A stretch of DNA of 64,000 nucleotides from the human T2T-CHM13v2.0 reference genome, Homo sapiens, in the NCBI RefSeq assembly GCF_009914755.1, contig NC_060926.1; one strand, written 5' to 3'. Every line of letters begins with the position of its first letter. The first letter of the stretch is position 1. The notes beneath the pieces were generated by a model. The model did no database searches and was not told where the DNA came from. It saw nothing but the letters and a program-made list of their open reading frames with translations. The position numbers and the translations under genes are program-made. Below are positions 1-16,218 of the stretch, piece after piece.

Positions 1-260
1 GGCTTCCTCCCAGTAGGGTTGCTGCAAGCTGGCTAAGTCCTGCAACGAAGGTCACAGCTCCTGTGAGGTCGCCCTCTTCATAGAGAGGCCGCTATGCCCA
101 AGTCCTAGTAACTGCTTTATCCTCTTGTCCTTTGAGGCTTAGGAATGGCAATAGAGCCCACTACATTATTCCTTGTGGTTTCCCTATAGTTTCCTGAACC
201 TTTTAAACACTCTGTTTATTAAACTCTCCTCAAGCTCTTAACTGCTTCCTTTGTTTTCTC
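1..260 (+). mobile_element. ERVL-type solo LTR 3' fragment (LTR40-like)
   Basis: Motifs GGTCACAGCTCCTGT...CTAGTAACTGC...TTTATTAAACTCTCCTCAA resemble old ERVL LTR 3' halves; subfamily uncertain. Confidence 0.45.
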
Positions 261-854
261 TAGGGTTTCTGGCTGATAAAGGTATATAGGAGGTTCTGAA
301 ATGTTATTGAGTGAATGAATAAATTAGCACTAGAAAAAAAGCATGGACTTTGGAAGAGGACCAGAATTTAAAACCAGACTAGAAGTGTAGAGTTGGGGGA
401 ACTCAACCCATTTCCCACCACTTCCATCGACCTCCTGTGGCATCCTAATGTTCAGAAGGAGAAGAACATTCTAGAAGGAGAACAAAATTCTATCAGCAAG
501 AAGTATAATACTCTTGTGCCAAAGGTGTGCACAATCAGCCAAGTGACCTGAGAAATGCAAGTCCTGGCTCTATTGAGGTCATCAAGGAGAAAGCAAGCCG
601 CTGGCAAGTCAGGAATCTGTCTCAAAGTAAACATGTGGCTTGTGACCTTGAGGATGTGCGTATGTTTATTGTTGGGGCAGTTGCTTTTTCCTTATCTCTC
701 ACCAGCTCTCAAAAGACCTGTTTAAGTTTTCTGTAAGAGGATATATCTCATGTGCAGTTGCAAATATGCTTCTTTATTCTTCTCTGGCTAATAATTATCA
801 AAGTTACAGTCATGAATATTCACCTTCTCAGGCTGCTCTGTCAGAGATTTTTCT

Positions 855-1474
<620 letters not shown>

Positions 1475-2376
1475 CGCTGTGAGCCATGTCGTTTAGAGTC
1501 TCTCAAGAAACTGTTTTTTCTGGTCTTCATTCTTGGTGTCAAAGGCAACAAAATATTATACCAAAATACATTCCCATGCTTGAACATTTCCAGTGGAATA
1601 TAACTTGTCTCAAAATGAGAACCAGAAATGATGCTTATGTCATCAAATCAGTGATTGCTATTGCAGAAAATATGACAGTCTGATTTGAAGAAATGCTGAT
1701 CTGCTATTAAGGGAAAGGGTGCTATTTTAGCATAGTTTATTTATTTAGAGAAAAATCTCATAGGTTGGCAGCTTCACACCTGTCTATTAACCCTGCTTCC
1801 CGCATACTTCCATTTTGATGTCTAGTACTGATAATGCAGATTTCTTTCAATGCTATCATATTAATATTTCCCAACTCAGTTGACTTACATGTCGACAATA
1901 AACCTTGACAGCAGGTGAGGAATATGTTGGCTTTCTGGCCAATATGCTGAGCTTTTTGAGAAATGCTTCTTTGAGGGTTATGTGCTTTGAGTTCTGTTTA
2001 TGGTTATGGAGATAGAGTTTCCTCATTCGATTATCATTTATTCAAAGTCTCTCAACTTATTCTCTCTTATGATTAATGGCATACATAATGGAAAATGTGA
2101 AGTTATAGCTACAATCAGGAATATAAAACAGCAAAAGGTTCTCTGGCCTGCCCAGAAACCAAACCTATGACAGTCATGTGATTAGCCCCATGTGTTGACC
2201 ACAGGTTTAGGGATACCTCTTATAAAAGGATGATTGATATGAAGGTGGTCTTTCTATTGCAGCAAGGGACAGATCCTTTCATCTACTGAAAATAGTGCTT
2301 TAAAGTATACGAATTATTTCACTCATTAAAGATAACTGAACGTGAATTCCTCAAATAGAAACATTTCAAGTTGTAC

Positions 2377-2427
2377 TAGGTTGGTGCAAAAGTAATTGCG
2401 GTTTTTGCCATACTTTCAATGGCAAAA
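2377..2427 (+). mobile_element. MADE1 (Hsmar1 MITE), truncated
   Basis: TAGGTTGGTGCAAAAGTAATTGCGGTTTTTGCCA is the MADE1 left TIR; the right TIR stops after ATGGCAAAA. Confidence 0.9.
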
Positions 2428-2428
2428 T

Positions 2429-2876
2429 ATGAGAAAGGTAAGAACTGATGACACCTATGTTCATATGTTCTGGAAATTATTGCTCAGGAAGATATATGTA
2501 AACCAATAAATAATTTAACTGTTAATAATTGGCTTCAGGAGATTCCTGCAAACTTATTTATCTAGGAAAACAGTTTGCTCATGTGGGAAACCAACCCTCC
2601 TATCAGAAACAGATTGCTCACCTGAGAAAAAAGCTTGTGTATCACATCAAAAGCCTTCCCTCACTGGGTCCATCAATACTACACTGTTATGTCAACAACT
2701 ATGCCTGGCATCAATCAGTTCCCTGTAGTGAAAAATCAGCCTAATGCCACTTGAGCCTGACCCCAAGTTCTATAAATAGCTTTTCTTGAAAATCCTCCTT
2801 CTGAGACACTATCTGTCAAGGTGTGTTTTCCTTCGCTACAGTGAGTCTAACAAAATTAGTTTTGGGGGAGTTGACA
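2429..2876 (+). mobile_element. ERV1-class solo LTR (MER110/MER90-like)
   Basis: TGAGAAAG start, TATAAA box near 2771, CTGAGACACT...GTCAAGGTG...GCTACAGTGAG, ends GGGGGAGTTGACA. Confidence 0.55.
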
Positions 2877-3329
2877 GTCAACAGAAGGGAGGAACTAACT
2901 AATATTTATTGACTATAGATGTAGCTTCTCATTATATGTCAAACTATTATATTTTATTATCCGATTCCATTGCTAATTTGTATTGAACACATTAAATATA
3001 TTTGCTATAAGTCCGTGTTAAGTTCCGCTATGACTTTGGCTAGGAGGAAGTAAAGTCTTTATCTTGTTATTCTGAACTCTAAGATTCATAGTGAAAAGCA
3101 ATAGATATTTGAAACTTTCTTTACTCTTAGTTAAAAATGGTGAAATTTTAAGGCCTTAAAGAAGCTTCCACTTTTCACCCTTCATGTGAATCTGGCCTCT
3201 ACAAATGCAGTGTTAACAGAAGTGGGTGTGGAAAATCCTTCCTTTCCACCTTCCCCTTCTGCCCAACCCCTACCGCCCTGAGGTTAGCTTCTACGTCCAT
3301 TAACTATCCTGAAACATTGCACAACCCTG

Positions 3330-3792
3330 GTATTATGAGTTGAATTATATCACCTCCAAAAGACCTATTGAAGTCATAACCCCCACTACTTCAGAATGTG
3401 ACCTTATTTGGAAGTAGGGTCAAGTCAACTTAAAATGAAGTCGTCGGAGTTGGGTCCTAATCCAGCATGACTGGTATCCTTTTAAAGAGGGGAAATTTGG
3501 ATACAGAGACAGATACACACAAAGGGAAGATGATGTGAAGACACACAGGCAGAAGACAACCATGGGACTAGAGTGATGCCTCTATAAGCCTAGCAATGTC
3601 AAGGGTTATGGGCAAACACCGGGAGCTAAAAGAGGCAAGGAAGGATTCTCCCCTGGAGCCATCAGAAAGAGCATGGCTTGGGCAACACCCTGATTTCAGA
3701 CTTCTAGCCTCCAGAAATATGAGACAACAATTTCCTTTTTTTAAGCCATTCTGTTTTTGTTACTTTGTTATGGTAGCCCCAAAAAACAAATT
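3330..3792 (+). mobile_element. MaLR LTR (MLT1B/C-like)
   Basis: CAGAATGTGACCTTATTTGGAA, CTAATCCAGCATGACTGG, GACTTCTAGCCTCCAGAA, TACTTTGTTATGGTAGCCC. Confidence 0.9.
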
Positions 3793-3803
3793 TATCCATA
3801 GTC

Positions 3804-3859
3804 AACATTTTAAAGGAAAGACTGATTACATAACATTTTAAAGGAAAGACTGATTACAT
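3804..3859. repeat. Perfect 28-bp tandem duplication
   Basis: AACATTTTAAAGGAAAGACTGATTACAT occurs twice (3804-3831, 3832-3859). Confidence 0.95.
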
Positions 3860-3930
3860 AAAACATTTCATTGTGTTTTATCGTATATGTAATTCATCTT
3901 AAATTGCTACTTAATGTGGTTCAAGGCAAT

Positions 3931-4303
3931 TGTATCAGTCCATTCTTACACTGCTATAAAGATACTTCCCGAGACTGGGTAATTTATGAACAAAAGGAGT
4001 TTGATTGACTCACAGTTCCTTATGGCTGGGGGAGCCTCAGAAAACTAACAATCATGGTGGAAGCCAAAGGAGAAGCAGGCACCTCTTCACAAGATGGCAA
4101 GAAAGAGAAGAGAGAGAGCAACAGAGGCACTGCCAAACACTATAAAACCATCAGATCTCATGAGAACTCCCTCATTATCAAGAAAACAACATGGGGGAAA
4201 CTGCCACCATGATCCAATCACCTCCCATCAGATCCCCCACTTGACACATGGGAGTTACAATTCAAGATGAGATTTGGGTGGGGACACAGAACCAAACCAT
4301 ACC
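3931..4303 (-). mobile_element. MaLR LTR (THE1C/D-like)
   Basis: TGTATCAGTCCATTCT...GAGACTGGGTAATTTAT...GAGATTTGGGTGGGGACACAGAACCAAACCATACCA matches the reverse complement of THE1 LTRs. Confidence 0.92.
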
Positions 4304-4928
4304 AGTGATATTATTACTGGATACCCATTATAACTCTTTATAATTCTTTATTTTTCTTTATAACTCGTTTTGAAATAAGTTATCTTTTCCTGAAATATGA
4401 CTTTGGGACCTGGATCTACTCTGGGCTGGGTGCTTCACATATATGACTTAAATTGTTGAAGTAGTTATCAATAACCTTTTCTGAAGATGGGGAAATAATT
4501 TCTAAAATGTTAACTTGCTTAAGATCATAGGACTGATAAATAATGAAGTTAGTTATGTGAACTAACAGTCCTCTTAAAATAAAGTCCATCTTTCAAATCT
4601 GCAATTTCATTATTAAAGGCACTAATTATAAGCATTAACTTACACTAAGAAACCATCACAAGATCAATCAATGCCCAAGGTGAGAAAGAGAACAGGCTGC
4701 TTTGAAAAAATAAGATGGTAATGTCCAAAACCTTTTCTTTAACTTTTCAAAGAATAGTTATAAATAAGTGTATAAATATTTAATCAAGAAAGATTTAGGT
4801 TCAAATCTAGTGAGACCTCCTACATGTCAGATCTTATAGTAGGCACTTTCATAGATAATAACTGTTCAGTACTCATACCAGCAAAAAAATCTATTAATAT
4901 GTATTAAGATTATAAAGTATTCATATTA

Positions 4929-5233
<305 letters not shown>

Positions 5234-5669
5234 TCATATTAAAACAACGCAAACATACCTTACTGACAAGCAGGGATACCTTGGAATTCTCCACCCTCCC
5301 TCATGTAGTCCTAGAGATGGATTTGATAAAATGTTTAAAATGTTCTGTGATGGACTTCTTTTTATACTTTAGTATCTTGAGAACTCAGTGTTTCTCAAGA
5401 TTTGACTTACTGTACAAGATTGTACATGGTGTACCATGCATACTATACTTTGTGAGTCATTTAAGGGATTTTCAAAAATTATTTTAATTACACATAATTT
5501 TTGCCTTTGTGCACACCGCTGGTTTAATGCGCAATTTCATAACAATTGCTGTGATTCAGCTCCGAATTTTGCTCTGGATTTTCAGTATCCAGTATTAGAA
5601 GGACAACATAATCATAAAAAGTTCTGGACTAGCATATGTAAAGGTTAATTTTGAAGAACTCAGAAGGGG

Positions 5670-6660
5670 AACTGGTGCTCTTAGAAGCTAGTGTGGACTC
5701 ACTGGGGAAAAAACGTCCTCTACATAAACTTTACTAGTTTGATTAGGAGACGGCTTCTTTTGATCGAATTTTTGCAAAGCAGTTGAAAGAGGATCTCACA
5801 ACATTCTTAGGACAAAAGTTGAAGTGTGAGCTGAATAATCACAATGTGAATTTATTATATGTTGAAGCCCCCTAACTAAAGTGGACACTGGGGACAGGTT
5901 GAAAGACTCTATCCTGACCTCCTTAGAATTATGAAGAGCATAAATTTGTCACATTTGCAGATAATGTCCATCTGGGAGGAATAGCATGCCCTGGATAATA
6001 TAATTGAAATCTGAAAATAACTCAATGAATTAGAAATACAAGTCAAATCTAACACCGTAAAATATACTAATGGTGAATATAAATTTTGTTCTAAGGTCTT
6101 CAGTCCAATTACATAAGTAAAGGAAGATGAAAGGGTGGAAAAGATTCTTGTTCTTTAGTTGGCTCCATCCCAAGCAGGAAGAACATAGAAGGTAATGCAA
6201 ACTTGAATTACCTTAGAGATAACCCAGACAATGGAAATAATAATCTGACATCTCTGGCTTTTCACAAGCTACCCCTTGACCAGTGGTGTCATCGGGGGCA
6301 ATGAAGTCTAGTAGAAACATGGATAAACTGGAGCATACTCAAAGGAGAGCATCTAAAACATGAGAACTCTTAAAGTTCTGTCCCATGAGGACTCAACTGG
6401 AGATGCTTCATGTGGATGAGAAAAGAGTTAGAGGAGATATGACAGCTGTCTTCAAATACTTGTATGGCTGTCATTAGGAAGAAGTATTCAAATCCATTGG
6501 TGTAGCTCCCACAGGGCAGAACCAGCAACCACAGGGGTGAGTTAGAGGAAGGCTGATTTGGATTCAAAATAAAAACATCTTTCTGGACCTGCCAAAAATG
6601 GGATAGTCTGTCTCCTTTCCATGAAGATTTTCAAGCAAGTATGAAAGGTCCCTGATTGAG
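5670..6660 (+). mobile_element. L3/CR1 LINE remnant (RT region and 3' part)
   Basis: Degenerate CR1 motifs ATTTGCAGATAATGTCCATCTGGGAGGAATAGC, GGATAAACTGGAGCA, GCTGTCTTCAAATACTTG; probable terminal piece CCTTCCAACCTTGAGATTCT near 7488-7507. Confidence 0.7.
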
Positions 6661-6679
6661 GAAATCTGGCCATCACTCA

Positions 6680-7432
<753 letters not shown>

Positions 7433-8707
7433 CAGGAAAAGTGGAATACAAAGAGCAATGGCAGCAGATTACATTCACTCCAGAGTCCTTCCAACCTTGA
7501 GATTCTTTTAGTCCACAATCTAAGTTAATGTTCTTAAACTTTTCTACATTTATCCCGTAAGTATCCTTCTAAGTACTTACTGTATAGATGGTAGTATACT
7601 AAGAGTACTGAACACTCCCTTATATGTGTATAGTATCAAAGCCTCTTGCTTTTCGTTGAGAGTCAACAGTATACTGGAATCAATCCCATATTGATGTCAT
7701 TGTAAGGAAAGATGATTTTACTTTGGAATGAGTTCTGCACAGCAATTCTAATACAATTTTGTAGTTGATGACCATTGTTTCAGACCTAGATCCATTTGTT
7801 CAAAGAGCTTATGTCCTTCAGCCCAGGGCCTATGAAGAGGATTTTGGGGATTTCCAATCGGTCAAGATCTAGGTCAACATTTAGGTCAACATCTCCCCTT
7901 CCCTCTAACACACACACAGTGTAAGAGAGATAATGATACTCTGAAACTACTTGGGAGAGTGTCCTGGGGAAGCAGAGTGTGTCCCCAAGCCAGGGGAAAA
8001 CCTGTGGTCATATCCCTGCTTTTGAACATGGAGAAGAGTGTCAGGAGAAGTCTCAACCCCAGCACTTTGGATGGAGGCCTCCACTGAATAGCTTCCTCTG
8101 ACACTGGCATCTCCTTTCTGTGCAATTATCCTAGCACAATCCTTGTTGGCTGAAGGTCTGGAGCCCTCAGATTGAGGGTCAGTGTCCTGCACACCAACAT
8201 AACCTCAGAGACAAGGTGGACAGTGGCCTAGGAGCAAAGGTTTGCCACAGCACCTCTGCAAGATGGTAAGGTAGTCAAGCAGGGATGCCAGGGTCAGCTG
8301 TAGAACCAGAAGGGAGCCCAGTCTAGTAGAATGGAGACAGAGCTCAAGCCAACTCTGACCACAAGTGGAGGTGGACCCCATCCTGGTACCTTGGTAGTGT
8401 CCAAAGGCAACAACACCAACAGAACATGGGTGAGTGGAGGTGTCAGTTATCCTGAGGACGCCATCCTGATTTGCCAAGAGCCATGGTTTCCCAGGCAATT
8501 TAGAGGAGGGTTAGAAACCACATCCCCCTAGGAGATGGGAGAAAACCTCTGGAAACATAGCTGGGAAGTCCAGTTCACATTCCAGAAGCTTTTATTGTAG
8601 GCTTGAGCTGAATAAAGCTTCCATTGGACCAAGGTCCGAGATTTCTCAGCAACAGCAGAGGCAGGTGTGGCCTCAGAAATTAGGACATTGCACATCAGGC
8701 CATTTAA

Positions 8708-9295
<588 letters not shown>

Positions 9296-9651
9296 ATTCT
9301 TACTGCTTAGATAAGCACTTAATTTGTATAACATAGTCTTCAGGACATTTTGTACCCTGTTTCATTTTATGACTAAACTAACAGGAAGCAAAGTGATCCA
9401 GGGCATTGACTGAAATTAATTAAGCAAATATCTCCTAGTTTGAGGAGGATGACATGTTCTGGTTTTCTGTAGCTCTTTTGGCACATTCAAATATTTCTCC
9501 TTTATTCAGGGAGAGGATTGTTTGCTCTTTTGCTGCTCTTAGTTCCTTCTTTCTCATTATTAGCAACGTTATGTTAGTGAAATAATGTCCCGGGACATTG
9601 TTTACCTCAATTTTCATAATTTCGGTCATTGGTTCCAACATTCCTCCTTTC

Positions 9652-10540
9652 CATATGATACCACTTCACATCCACTAGGATGGCTATGATCATAAAGACG
9701 TGTTAGCCAGAATGTGGGGAAATTGGAAACCTCATACACTGCTGTTGGGAAAACAAAAATGGTGCAGTCATTACGGAAAATAATCTAGTAGGTCCTCAAA
9801 ATGTTGAACACGAAGTTACCATATGACCCAGCAATTCCGTTCCTAGGTATATACCCAAGAGAAATGAACACATATGTCTACACGAAACTTGTACACAAAT
9901 GTTCACAGCAGCATTATTCATAATAGCTCAAGGATGGAAGCAATTCAGATATTTATCAACTGATTTATGGATAGACAATGGTGATATATCCATGCCATGG
10001 AATCTTATTCAGCCATAAAATGGAATGAAGTTCTGATACATACTACAACATGAACAAACTTCTAAAACATAATGCTAAGTGAAAGAAGCCAGACACAAAA
10101 TGTCACAGATTGTAAGATTCCATTTTTATGAGATGCCCAGAATAGGCAAAATCTTTAGAGATAAACAGTAGGTTAGTGGTTGCCAGGGGCTGGGGAGGAG
10201 AGAAGGAGAAGGGAGTTGTCTGGAAATGGAGAATGACTGGTAATGGGTTTCTCTGGGGGATGATTAAGATGTCCTAAAATTGATTGTGATGATGGTTGCA
10301 CAGCTCTGTGAACATACTAAAAACCACAGAATTACACACTTTAAATGGATGAGTTATATGGTATGGCAATTAAAGCTATGGTTTTGAAGGAGCACAGGTA
10401 GACAGATGGGCTCTCAAACAAGAGTCAGGACTTTTTGGGATGATAGAAAGTTTCTATATCTTGACTGTGGTGGTGATTAAGAGATGTATCAATTTGTCAA
10501 GCCCCACTGCAATGTCTATAAATTAATCCTCAATAAAGTT
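9652..10540 (+). mobile_element. L1M (L1MB-like) ORF2 end and 3' UTR fragments
   Basis: TTACCATATGACCCAGCAATTCC, AATGCTAAGTGAAAGAAGCCAGACACAAAA, TAGTGGTTGCCAGGGGCTGGGG. Confidence 0.88.
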
Positions 10541-10791
10541 AATGCTGGGGCTGTGTTTGCCCCAACTTACAAACCTGCAGCTTCAATTCTCCTAGGGGTT
10601 CAAGATGCTCCTCATATCATATTCATGGACGTGGGTCACTAGCCCTGTTGCTCCCGAGATTCCCTAAATTCAGCTGAGCTTTCTCTCATCCTCTGAAATG
10701 AATCCAGAATGTCCAGAATCCAGACAAGTAGGCCTGGCTGGGGCTGAAAACCTGCTATGAAGCTGGCAGGAGCCCCTTTACCTTCTCATAA

Positions 10792-11234
<443 letters not shown>

Positions 11235-11568
11235 TCAATCAGGTGCCTGATGTCTGACGTGAAACCCCCCTGACTTCCCACCATCCAGCGTCACATTCTT
11301 TCCCCACAGGATCACATCCCAGTTATTTAGCCTCAGGCTTCATAGTGTGGCACTCCCTCATGTTCCTTGACTAGATTACTTTGTTCCATTTATTCACATG
11401 GGGACCTCAGTAAACAGAGGCGAACTCTGCTTGGGTGACCAAGAATTCCAATTCCTGAGCCTCTAGGAAGCTGCTGGAAGAGAGCCAGAACAGTTGTTTC
11501 AAGGCGCTACCAATCGCAGCTGCATCTTCTAAACTCTCCTAAGAAGCAAGAGCTTTGAGTAGCTGGGA

Positions 11569-11927
11569 TTTTTTTTTTCTTTTCTTTTCTTTGTTTTTTT
11601 TTTTTTTTTTTTTTTTTTGAGACAGGGTCTCACTCTATTACCCAGGCTGGAGTGCAATGGCACAATCACAGCTCACTGCAGCTTTGATCACCTGGGCTCA
11701 AGAGATCCTCCCATATCACCCTCAGCCTCCCAAGTAGCTGGGACCACGGGCAAGAACCACATGCCTGGCTAATTCGTAAAAAAACAAAATGTGTAGAGAC
11801 AGGATCTCCTTATGTTTCCCAGGCAACATGGTGAGATCTCGAACCCCTGGGCTCAACGGGCTCAAGTGATCCTCCAGCCTTGGCCTCCCAAAGAGTTGGG
11901 ATTACAGGCGTGAGCCACCATGTTCAG
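11569..11927 (-). mobile_element. Alu (AluJ-like)
   Basis: GAGACAGGGTCTCAC, CTCACTGCAGC, GGGCTCAAG; flanking GAGTAGCTG repeats. Confidence 0.9.
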
Positions 11928-11949
11928 TGGAGTAGCTGTTTTCCATAAT

Positions 11950-12140
11950 AATTATTCATATTTATAGAATGCTGACAAGGTATCTGGGACTTGCAAGCAT
12001 TATTTTATGTAATCGTCGCAATAATTTTATTGGTATGGTATTATTTTCCCTATGTTACAGATGAAGATTAGGCTTCAAAAGTTTAAGTAACCCGTCAAAG
12101 GCCGCATCACTGGAGCATTTTAAAGCAGGGATGCAATTGC
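11950..12140 (-). mobile_element. MIR remnant
   Basis: ATTATTTTCCCTATGTTACAGATGAAGA...AAGTAACCCGTCAAAGG resembles the MIR core. Confidence 0.55.
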
Positions 12141-12697
12141 AAAAGCACCAGTCAGAGCTCAGAATCCTGTTCCAGTTGGGATATACACATGGACTTCACA
12201 AATGAATGTAAGGAAGATACTCTTGTGAAGTATGAATTCATCTCCTAGAAACTTTATTTCCCGTGGGCTTCTCACCCACTGAAACAAGACATTTCAGGAC
12301 TTTAGGTAAGAGGCAAATATTCAGTAGAGCAACTCAGTTACTTCTCAGATCTGACTCAAATTAAAAAAACTGCATCAAATGCAACAACACCATCGGCTTG
12401 ACTGTCAGACTCGAGAGAGGGTGTAGGAGTGAGAGCAAGGATTACTAACTTAGTTATTAAAGTTATGTATCAAGAACTAAGCCTGGACAATGGAGTTTCT
12501 TTCTTAAAAATAAAAAAGAAGTCCTTTCACTTTTAAAACTTTTAAAAACCAATATGTCATTGTTTTCCACTTTTTATGGCTAGGAGGATATGATGAAGGG
12601 AAAGTGAAACCCACATCTGGCAAGTAGAAGAAGAGAGCAAAAGGGAAAGCAGAGAAGTTCAAACAAAGATTTCTACCTGCTTCTGCCTGAGGGCCAC

Positions 12698-12707
12698 TGT
12701 GTGTGCA

Positions 12708-12747
<40 letters not shown>

Positions 12748-12749
12748 TG
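12698..12749. repeat. (TG)n microsatellite
   Basis: Interrupted TG run. Confidence 0.9.
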
Positions 12750-13235
12750 ATGAGTGACAGGAGAAAGAGAGAGAGAAGGACTCAGCTAGATCTGGGGGAA
12801 CCAGAGCATCTCAGGCCCCCAGGAGAACTGAAGCTGCAGGTCTGTAAGTTGGGACTGTGTAACTCGGCATGAGATGATGGTGGGCAGGTGCCGTGAGAAG
12901 CCAGGGGCTAGGTAAGCCTGAAGCAGTGGTCCTTTTCCCCAAAACCTGGCACACACAGGAATGAGACCTCCTTGTATGCTTGGAAGGGAGGTCGTGGCCG
13001 TTCTGAGTGTGCAGTGGACCAGCAGGGGCCTGGGTCAGCAGATGGGGATCCCAAGACCAGGGATACCAGCACCACAGGTGCCAGCTAGAGGAACCAGCGG
13101 ATCTTCCTCAAAGCCATGGGATCAGGAACATCTCAGCTCTCAAGCAGACCAGGAAGGAGACCAGTCCCTCTGTAGAGATCAGTGTGGATCCAGCAGACAA
13201 GCATGGGTCATCATTCAACCCACGGTCCTGTAAAC

Positions 13236-13565
13236 CAGCGGTCCCCCAGCTTTTAGGCAACAGGGACTGGTTTCATGGAAAACAATTTTTCCACAGACGG
13301 TGGCAGGGGAATGGCTTCAGGATGAAACTTGCTCCAGTTCATCAGGTATTAGACTCTCATAAGGAGCACACAACCTAGATCCCTGATGTGCACAGTTCAC
13401 AATAGTGTTGGCCTCCTATGAGAATCTAGTGCCGGCACCGATCTGACAGGAGCAGAGCTCAGAAGGTAATGCTCACTTGCCCATCGTTCACCTTCTGCTG
13501 TGCAGCCCAGTTCCTAACAGGCCATGGACCAGTCTTGTCCAAGGCCCAGGGGTTGGGGACCCCTG
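13236..13565 (+). mobile_element. MER1B hAT-Charlie MITE
   Basis: TIRs CAGCGGTCCCC...GGGGACCCCTG; 8-bp TSD CTGTAAAC/GTATAAAC. Confidence 0.92.
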
Positions 13566-13725
13566 GTATAAACCACATACACCCCAGTAACCCCAGAGGC
13601 CATGTTGGAGAGGAGCAGGCAGAAGGAGAAGAGGAAGAGACCTTGAGGGACCCAGCATTTGTCTACAGGAACTGTTTAAATAATAGAATTGGAATAAACT
13701 GGTCTGAGTCTTAGCTGTTTCCCCT

Positions 13726-14446
<721 letters not shown>

Positions 14447-16137
14447 ACTCCATCTCCACCTCCAGCTTCCCCCACCTAAGTGTCCCCAGTAGGGTGGGGT
14501 CTTGAGGAAAATCAAACCATTTAATAGGAATATAAGGAAGCTATATTTTTTGACCTTGCTCAAATCATTTGGAAAACAAATGTTTTAGAACTTTAAAAGA
14601 AAAACTTTACTTAGAAATAATCTACTCTCATTTATCTAGTCATGTGAAGAAGAAAGAAAATGTTTACTTACTACCCCTAGATATATTCAAAAGCAAAAAA
14701 CCCCAAACTATATTTCTTTAACATTTCTAATCTGATGTTTTCTTAAAGAAGTTAAATTAGCACAATTTATTCGAAACTAATGAAGTTCACCATATTTTAA
14801 TTTCAAAGTCAGTCTTAGAGAATTCTAGTTTCATCCTATCTTCCATTTCGTAAAATTGAAAGGTCATGTTTTCCCACTAAAAAAGTGCCCCTGAAATTAA
14901 CTTCAGAAGTATTTCCTTACAAGTGGTATTTGAAAGTATGTTGCTTTTTTGTTCCTCGTCCATACTTCTATTTTAATATGTTAAATATAAAAACAGAGAT
15001 GAGGAATTTCCTCATGAATACTTCTACTCAGGGACAGGATTTGAAGGAAATGAGACAAACACAGCCAGCCCTTGGTGGGGGCCGTCCTCTGTCTTTCTTC
15101 AGGCCCAAGCCCTTCCTTCCTCATTGTAAGTAGGACACTCGGTGCCTTAGCTGGTTGCCTCATTCAAGCTGAAGTGTACAGAACAAAACCACTGCCACTG
15201 ACAGGGACACGGAGCCTGGACGCTGTGTGCTCCCAACTGTGTGTCCGTGGAAACATTTGCCAAGTCTTTAACAGTTGCAGCGGATTAAACACAATTTCCT
15301 AATGTTCACGGCTTCCTTGGGCATTCATTTAATTCATCACAGGCCCTGTCTGACAAGTATTAGGATCGAGGCCAAACACCATCCTAAGTTAGTCTGAAAA
15401 GAGGAGTTTCTAAGCTCTTGCTCCTTCCCCGCAGACTAACCCACTGGCCTCTCACAGCACACCAATCAATAGCTGGAAAGCTGGACCTTGGCTTTGACCG
15501 GAAGATTCTTCCGGCTAGTCACAGTCTCTCCTCGCCTTTCCAGTCCAGATCTGTCTGTCTTAGAGCAGAGAATGTGTGGATTCAGCACAAGTCTCCCCAG
15601 AGACATGCAAATGCAAAAAAGAAATGAGTATTTCGACAGAACACGTCAAGTCAATGAAGATGGCGTGAGGATGTTTGAAGGATTAGGAGGACAGTGGAGC
15701 TTTGTGGGGTCTGGGCAGGACAGCAGGTCATCCATGGTGCAGAGAAGTAACTGTTATTCTCTTCCTTTTAAATCTATTGCTCTTCCAAAAACAAGATTCC
15801 CTGTTAGTGGTTAAGAATCCCAAAACGCAAACCCGTGATAAAAATTGCTATGTCACTTTCTGGAAGCCATCATTTTCTCTTTATTTCCAAAATAAAGATG
15901 CTCTACCCTCCTCCTCCTCCTTCTTCACTAAAATGTTATGTCTGAGCATGGTCAATCAAAATTCAAGAGGTATAAAAAGAAATACTGTAAACCAGTTTTT
16001 TTTTTAAATGAAGAAATATTTCCCTTAAAGCATAAAGTGCAGAAACATTGTAAAAAAAAAATGCCATGTTTATCCTCAATTCTCCCTCTGAAGACAGTTT
16101 ATTACCAGTTTCTTGTGTTTACTTCCAGAGATATGTT

Positions 16138-16218
16138 ATTGGGTTGTGCAAAAGTAATTGCGGTTTTTGCCATTAAAAGTAATTGCAAAAACCACAATTA
16201 CTTTTGCACCAACCTAAT
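16138..16218. mobile_element. MADE1 MITE, complete palindromic copy (miR-548-type hairpin)
   Basis: GGTTGTGCAAAAGTAATTGCGGTTTTTGCCATTAAAAGTAATTGCAAAAACCACAATTACTTTTGCACCAACCTAA; both TIRs present. Confidence 0.95.

Noticed and set aside
7940-8580. Cluster of overlapping short ORFs in purine-rich sequence (similar texture at 12590-13690)
   Set aside because: No recognisable protein; may be very old Gypsy-like LTR remnants, but I cannot assign them with confidence
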